From positions 64,001 through 128,000 of the IMG/VR virus record IMGVR_UViG_3300012662_000008: a stretch of 64,000 bases of DNA, one strand, 5' to 3'. Origin of the DNA: a virus (Duplodnaviria; Caudoviricetes). The notes below the pieces were generated by a model that searched no databases, had not been told where the DNA came from, and saw only the letters and a program-made list of their open reading frames with translations. The first letter of the stretch is position 1, and every line of letters starts with the position of its first letter. The translations under genes and the position numbers were made by a program. Positions 59,054 to 64,000 of this stretch are shown in pieces.

Positions 59054-60349
59054 ATGGCAACTTATCAACAAGCAAAAGCTTATTATCAAAAGCACGCAGA
59101 TAAAGATACAATAAGAAAGATTCAGCAGTTTCTTGCTGTAAGAAATTCCAATGGTAATGGGGGCGTGAAACAATCCAATATAGGAGAGTCTTTCTATAAT
59201 GGAGATTTAGATGGAATTTTTGGACCAGAAACATATAAGGCGATTCTGGAATACCAGAAAGCTATGGGAACAAATGCAGATGGAATGTGGGGGGAATCAA
59301 CAAACAGTTTTCACCGAGTTTTAAATGCAACTAACTCGCCATATAGAGATGATGCCTCTGGGCCTTCTGGGGCACATTCTGGTTTTGTGAGAGGAGTCAA
59401 TACTGGTCAGAAGTCACCTGCACCTCGAAAGAAGTGGGCTACACAAAACGATATGTATAGAGATATACAGGCACTTAAAGAAAGATATTATGGCCAGGGG
59501 GGCGAGGATTGGTTTTGATCCGAAGATCCATCGGCAACACAGTGGCGGGAATTTTTGGGATCTACACCTCAAGGCCAAGACATTTTTAACGAATTTTATG
59601 AAGACGCCGTTTCTAGAGGAAAGAAGCCGGATCGTAGACTTATGACAACTAAACAAAAACAGTTTGCATATAACACTGGCATTCGAGACGCAATTAACAA
59701 GGGAGGAAGGACAGTTGCTACTGTCGCAGGAGGATTAGCTTTACCATTGTCCTTCGCAGCAGCACCACTAGCCACTGCGTTTGGTGTTGCGGGAAGCGCC
59801 CTTGGTAGTAAAATCGGCGGAGACCTCGCTGCAAATTTACATGAAGGAGACACATCTGGGTTTACTACAGCTGATCAATATTATGGGCAAATCGCCACAG
59901 CAATACCTGCCGAGAATTACCATAGACCATTTGGTCAAATTATTGGTGGTACCGTTGGTGGCCTTGCAGGAGGTACGTTTGGTAGTAATTTTGAGCCAGG
60001 ATTACCAAGATTAGGTTATGGCAGAAATAGCTACGGAACTTCAGGGAAAGTTTATACTACCCCGAGATCTATGTATCGAGATGCAGTTACTGGTAGAGGC
60101 GTAAACCCATCAGAAATTTATTCTGTTCCAACAGGCGCAGAATGGCAACCTAGAATCGCCGATACTCCAGGACTTGTAGGAAGTAGCCGATTGCATGTTG
60201 GGCAGTTTGCACCAAAATCTTGGCGGAATCCATCTGTTGAATTTGTGAATTATTTAGAAGGTGCCGGTGGGAATCCAGCGTACTCACCAACCGCGCAAAC
60301 CATGTTCTCCTTTAAAAGGGGAGGAATTTTATGTAGAAATAATTATTAA
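59054..60349 (+). CDS. Peptidoglycan-binding-domain protein with Gly-zipper TM region, 431 aa, 1 TGA
   Basis: 'DGIFGPET.KAI..YQ...DGMWG..T', pieces in frame across TGA 59516. Confidence 0.7.
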
Positions 60350-60356
60350 AAACAGA

Positions 60357-60382
60357 AAACCCAGGCCTAATGGTCTGGGTTT
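60357..60382. terminator. Bidirectional terminator between convergent genes
   Basis: AAACCCAGGCC..GGTCTGGGTTT. Confidence 0.65.
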
Positions 60383-61791
60383 ATTTGTTTATTAAGTTCA
60401 TTTTGTATATATAAAAAAGTAGGATCTGCTACCAGTGCCTTTTTAGGCAACGGGTCCTCAAAAGAAAGGGCTACTCCCTCTTTTGCTTTATTATAGTTCT
60501 CGTTATTTTTATGTTTATTTATATCTTTTCTCTCCAAAATAAAATTAACGTAATCTCTCGTTTCCTTCGGGAGGTGTTCAAGTCAGTCCAGACTTTGATA
60601 TATATCTTTTCCTGCCCGTTTTGCTTTATTAAGAGCATTTATTGTATTTCTTCTTCCATAATTATATGCGGCTAATGTTTTAGCCCACAAAACTCTGTCA
60701 GATGGATTTCCTTTTGTAAAAACATCAGAAGCTATATCGCGACCAATTCTCCAGTCTCGTACTTTTTGATTGTCTTCTGGGTTATCTAGGTCTATTTTTA
60801 TTTTTGGATTTGCCTGTAAGTAATCCGCTAGTGCAGCCGGCATAATTTGAAAAAGCCCCTTTGCTCCTTTTGGACTTTTGCCAGTAGAAGAAAAATTGTT
60901 TTCCATAAAAGCCTGCCTCATTCCTATTTCATTGGCATCTATGTGTTCTCCACGAGTATCTGCCGGCAACAATTTCCCCCATTGAAATTTCGGCAACTTT
61001 GTTCCTTTCTTAGCAAAAATACTCTCCTCAGCAGCACGTACCCTTCTATCTAGATTTCCAGATCCCGATTTTCCGTACATCTCCTTGTGTTTTTTCGCAT
61101 ATTTTGCTTCTATTTTTGAAACACGGGCATATAAGTCATCTAGGCTAGATATATTTCTCTCGTTTGCCCCTGTGTATTGCGCATAAGTATATGCTGTCGC
61201 ATCTTTTGCTGTTTGGGCTTTTCTAAGGTTGTTTAGATAATCACTGTATTTGTTTTGTATCTCGTCTATTGCAAAATCTAGCTGCGTTTTCAGATCGGCA
61301 ACTCCACCATGCTCTGCTACGTAACGAGCAAAATCATCATGCCTGGATCCTGTTCATTGCCCAATTCCAATTCCGTATTGATTTGATTTTACAGAACTGT
61401 TCTTTCCTGCCTTCTCCTCTTTGTTTTCTGCATTTATATTAAACCCAGATTCTGCCTGCCAAACCCCTACTAAACCTGCTGCCTGTTCCTTTGTAAGACC
61501 TAATTTCTGCTGAAGATATTTACTAGCAGCGTGCCGCATGCCTAGATTAGTAGTATTGGAAAAGTCTATTTCAGCCCCCTGGGGTTTCTCTTGGGAAACC
61601 GTTTCTACTTGGGGTGTGTTTTCCTGTGTTTCTGTAGGCGTTTCTACCTGAGTGTCTTCCGGGGTTTCTGCAGATTGTGTTGTTTCTTGTGTTTTTGGTC
61701 GGAATCTTGGTTGATATCCTATTATTGGCTCCTCTGGTTCCTGTGTTGAACTTGAAAAGTCTTTATTTACTGTTGCTTGGTATTGTATCAT
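60367..61791 (-). CDS. Dual muralytic protein: phage tail lysozyme (lysozyme2-like) plus SLT lytic transglycosylase, 474 aa
   Basis: QAAG.VG.WQAESG..GIGQ-W-T. 'GAKGLFQIMP', 'LAAYN.G', 'LP.ETRDYV'. Confidence 0.8.
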
Positions 61792-62213
61792 TACTTCTTT
61801 ATTTCGAATTTCATTTTTCTCTGTTTTCCATCATTATTGAACAATCCAAAATGCAATCACTTGCTCTTTCCAGATTGCTCAATAATGCACTGATCCCAGC
61901 TTTTACTAGCGTCCAGATAAGAAAGGACAAACTTACAAAAAGCATCAAACTGACCATTTATTGGTCAGAGATCAACTGCATTTCCTGTTGTGTGTGCCGA
62001 AGTCGGAACGCCGCCTACAGCCTTGTTAAGAGCAGGGCATCTATATCCAGAGTTAATTCTAATTCCGGATCCCCATTTCTCTCTAAGAGAGTTCAGAAAA
62101 TCTATAAGTCTTTTAAGGTTCTCTTCTACTTGCTTTGTAGGAGTATTATCTATGTGCTTTGCTACTGCTGTATCGGAGTAGCAGAGTTCTTGTACTGTGA
62201 AATATTGTTTCAT
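61791..62213 (-). CDS. Endolysin, peptidase M15 family, 140 aa, 3 TGA
   Basis: INSGYRCPALNKAVGG..TSAH..G.AVD, W-DQ.I.E, W-LH. Confidence 0.9.
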
Positions 62214-62425
62214 GGTAACTCTATATATTTATTTTCAACTAAAAAATCCAGAGTTTTTTTTACATCTGAGTAATCTAAGTTTCTAAATTTTGAAATAGTT
62301 TCAACAATGTCTTCTCCATCAAAAACAACTGCAGGAGATACTCCGACAAAATAACTTCAAACAGGATACGCCCAATCTGGTATGGCCTTATCGTGGTTAA
62401 CAGTTCAAGTTTTAAAATTATTCAC
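62162..62425 (-). CDS. Small partner protein, copy 2 (start GTG 62425 or ATG 62440)
   Basis: Paralog of 63490..63720. Confidence 0.6.
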
Positions 62426-63488
62426 CCCCAGCTCCACCATAGTTATTAACAATTACAGTTGTTCCAAAAAGAGTTCCCGTTAGACCGGACCACAGTCTTT
62501 TATAATCATCTTCTGTTTGAAGATTGAAATATTTTTTTAGTTTGCTAAGTCTTTCGTTTTTTGTTATGAGTTTTTCTAGCCCATCTTTACCTATATATTT
62601 AGAGCCGGGTTTTAATCCTAATTCTTTGCCAGATTGGGAGAGCCACGCTGCGGTCTCAGTTGGGTTTTTTAGATATTTTAGCTCCTCGTGCAGTTGGGCA
62701 GGTACTTCGCTGTATGATTTTCAGATTTTATTCGCAATATCTACATTCACGGGATTTGATCCAAGATCTCCATATCCAAGGGTGTGAAGTCGTTCATGAA
62801 AAGCAGTTGACTCCACTTTTTCTATTGGTAAGTTCTTATTTATATCAATCTTATTTGAATATCCAGCACGTATTGTTTGTGGGGTAAAAATAAACTTCTC
62901 TGTACCGTCTTGTAGAACTCTTGCATAAGCCCCTCTCCCATTTGAAACAACTCCCAGATCAACAAGCTCTATTTTTGGAGACGTATTTGCGCGAGTAATA
63001 TACTCGCTAGCCTGAGTTGCAGGTCATTGTATCTGCGTTTGCCCAAGCGCTTGTTGTCTCGCGAATCAATCTGTATTTCTTTGTATAGATGCCTGTACTG
63101 CTGGGTCTTTAACAAAAGCATTGGCATCGCGCACACCTTTATTTGCGGCGGCCTTCATTTCATTTTCGAGAGCCTTTGTTGTAAACTTTGTTTTCCCAAC
63201 CGGTGTTGCACTATACAATAAGTCCTCTGTATTTCCGGATATAGCCGTTTCTATAAGTGCTTTATAAGCACCAGGAGCCATAACTTTTGCAAGCCAGCCT
63301 CCGGGCTGCGTCCACATAAGAGCAACATCCATTGCAGGATGCTCTTGTTTTAGTGGCTTTTCTTTTGGAAGAGAATGTTGCCTTTCTTCTAGTTCTCTAT
63401 CTTTGTCTATCTTTTCATATAACGCTTGTTCAAGATTTTCCCGATCTCTTTTGCGTTTTCAGTCTATTCAAAATTTTGGTATTGGCAT
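62418..63488 (-). CDS. Zincin (HERLH) domain protein, 356 aa, multiple TGA
   Basis: AFHERLH..YLKNPTE. Paralog of the partial gene at the right edge. Confidence 0.7.
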
Positions 63489-63489
63489 A

Positions 63490-63720
63490 TTAGTAAAACT
63501 CAATTATGCTATTGCTTACTAGATATTCGATCGACTCTTTAACAATTCCAATTGGTTCATTTATTTTCTTTGAAATTATTTCTGCTTTATCCTCTTCTTC
63601 ATAAAATACTGCTGGGCGAATCCCTTCAAAATATTGAAGGGTTTTTTTATAAAAATCTGGAACAGGCTTCTTGTGAATTTTTCAAAAAATTAATTTTTTA
63701 GTACAATCCATTGGGAGCAT
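63490..63720 (-). CDS. Small partner protein, copy 1, 76 aa
   Basis: W..H.K.PD...YF.G..PAV...ED..E.ISK..VK...LV.N..IE. Confidence 0.65.
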
Positions 63721-64000
63721 AATTTTCAGAATTTAGAGTTGATACCACTATGCCAGTATACAATGTTCCAGTCAGGCCTTTTCATAATTTCTTATAATTT
63801 TCCTCTGAGTCTAATTTTAAGAAATTAAGCAGGTAATTAAGTCTGGTTTGATTTTTATTTTTTTCTATGAATTTTTTAACCCCGTCTACTCCGGGATATG
63901 GTGTGCCAGATCTTAATCCTAGTTCGTATCCGGTTTGTGCGAGTCACGCAGCTGTTTCGTGAGGCTCTTTTAAATATCTCATATAATCCACAGCAGCTTG
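63698..64000 (-). CDS. C-terminus of a paralog of the zincin protein (partial)
   Basis: YLKEPHETAA-W-LAQTGYELGL..YKKL-W-KGLTGTL. Confidence 0.7.

Noticed and set aside
16218-60369. TAG-to-Gln recoding
   Set aside because: TAG ends genes cleanly at boundaries (16218, 18040, 33785, 37091, 47278, 54293). Only TGA interrupts genes.

Overview
This window is the virion-morphogenesis and lysis half of a large, AT-rich, crAss-like (Crassvirales-type) phage of Bacteroidota. Nearly all genes lie on the minus strand. The supplied ORF track is badly fragmented because TGA is read as Trp. Paralogous proteins inside the window show this directly, since a TGG in one copy aligns with a TGA in the other, and conserved motifs are restored (DUF192 FWMK, nuclease IDWKT, M15 WDQ/WLH). 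Seven group I introns split three core genes: four in the major capsid protein, two in terminase large subunit and one in portal. All seven have U|...G| boundaries, P1 helices and covarying P7 helices, and splicing restores the reading frames exactly. Four of them carry homing endonucleases. The window also holds two free-standing endonucleases, tail and tail-fibre genes, a GroES homologue and lysis/muralytic genes. Less expected elements are two Rep-like gene plus 21-bp-iteron cassettes, two candidate small structured RNAs, a conserved uncharacterised CCC-protein operon, and a tandemly duplicated zincin plus small partner module. All coordinates and translations were derived by hand. Family assignments come from motif recognition, not database searches. 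No suppressor tRNA was seen in this window.
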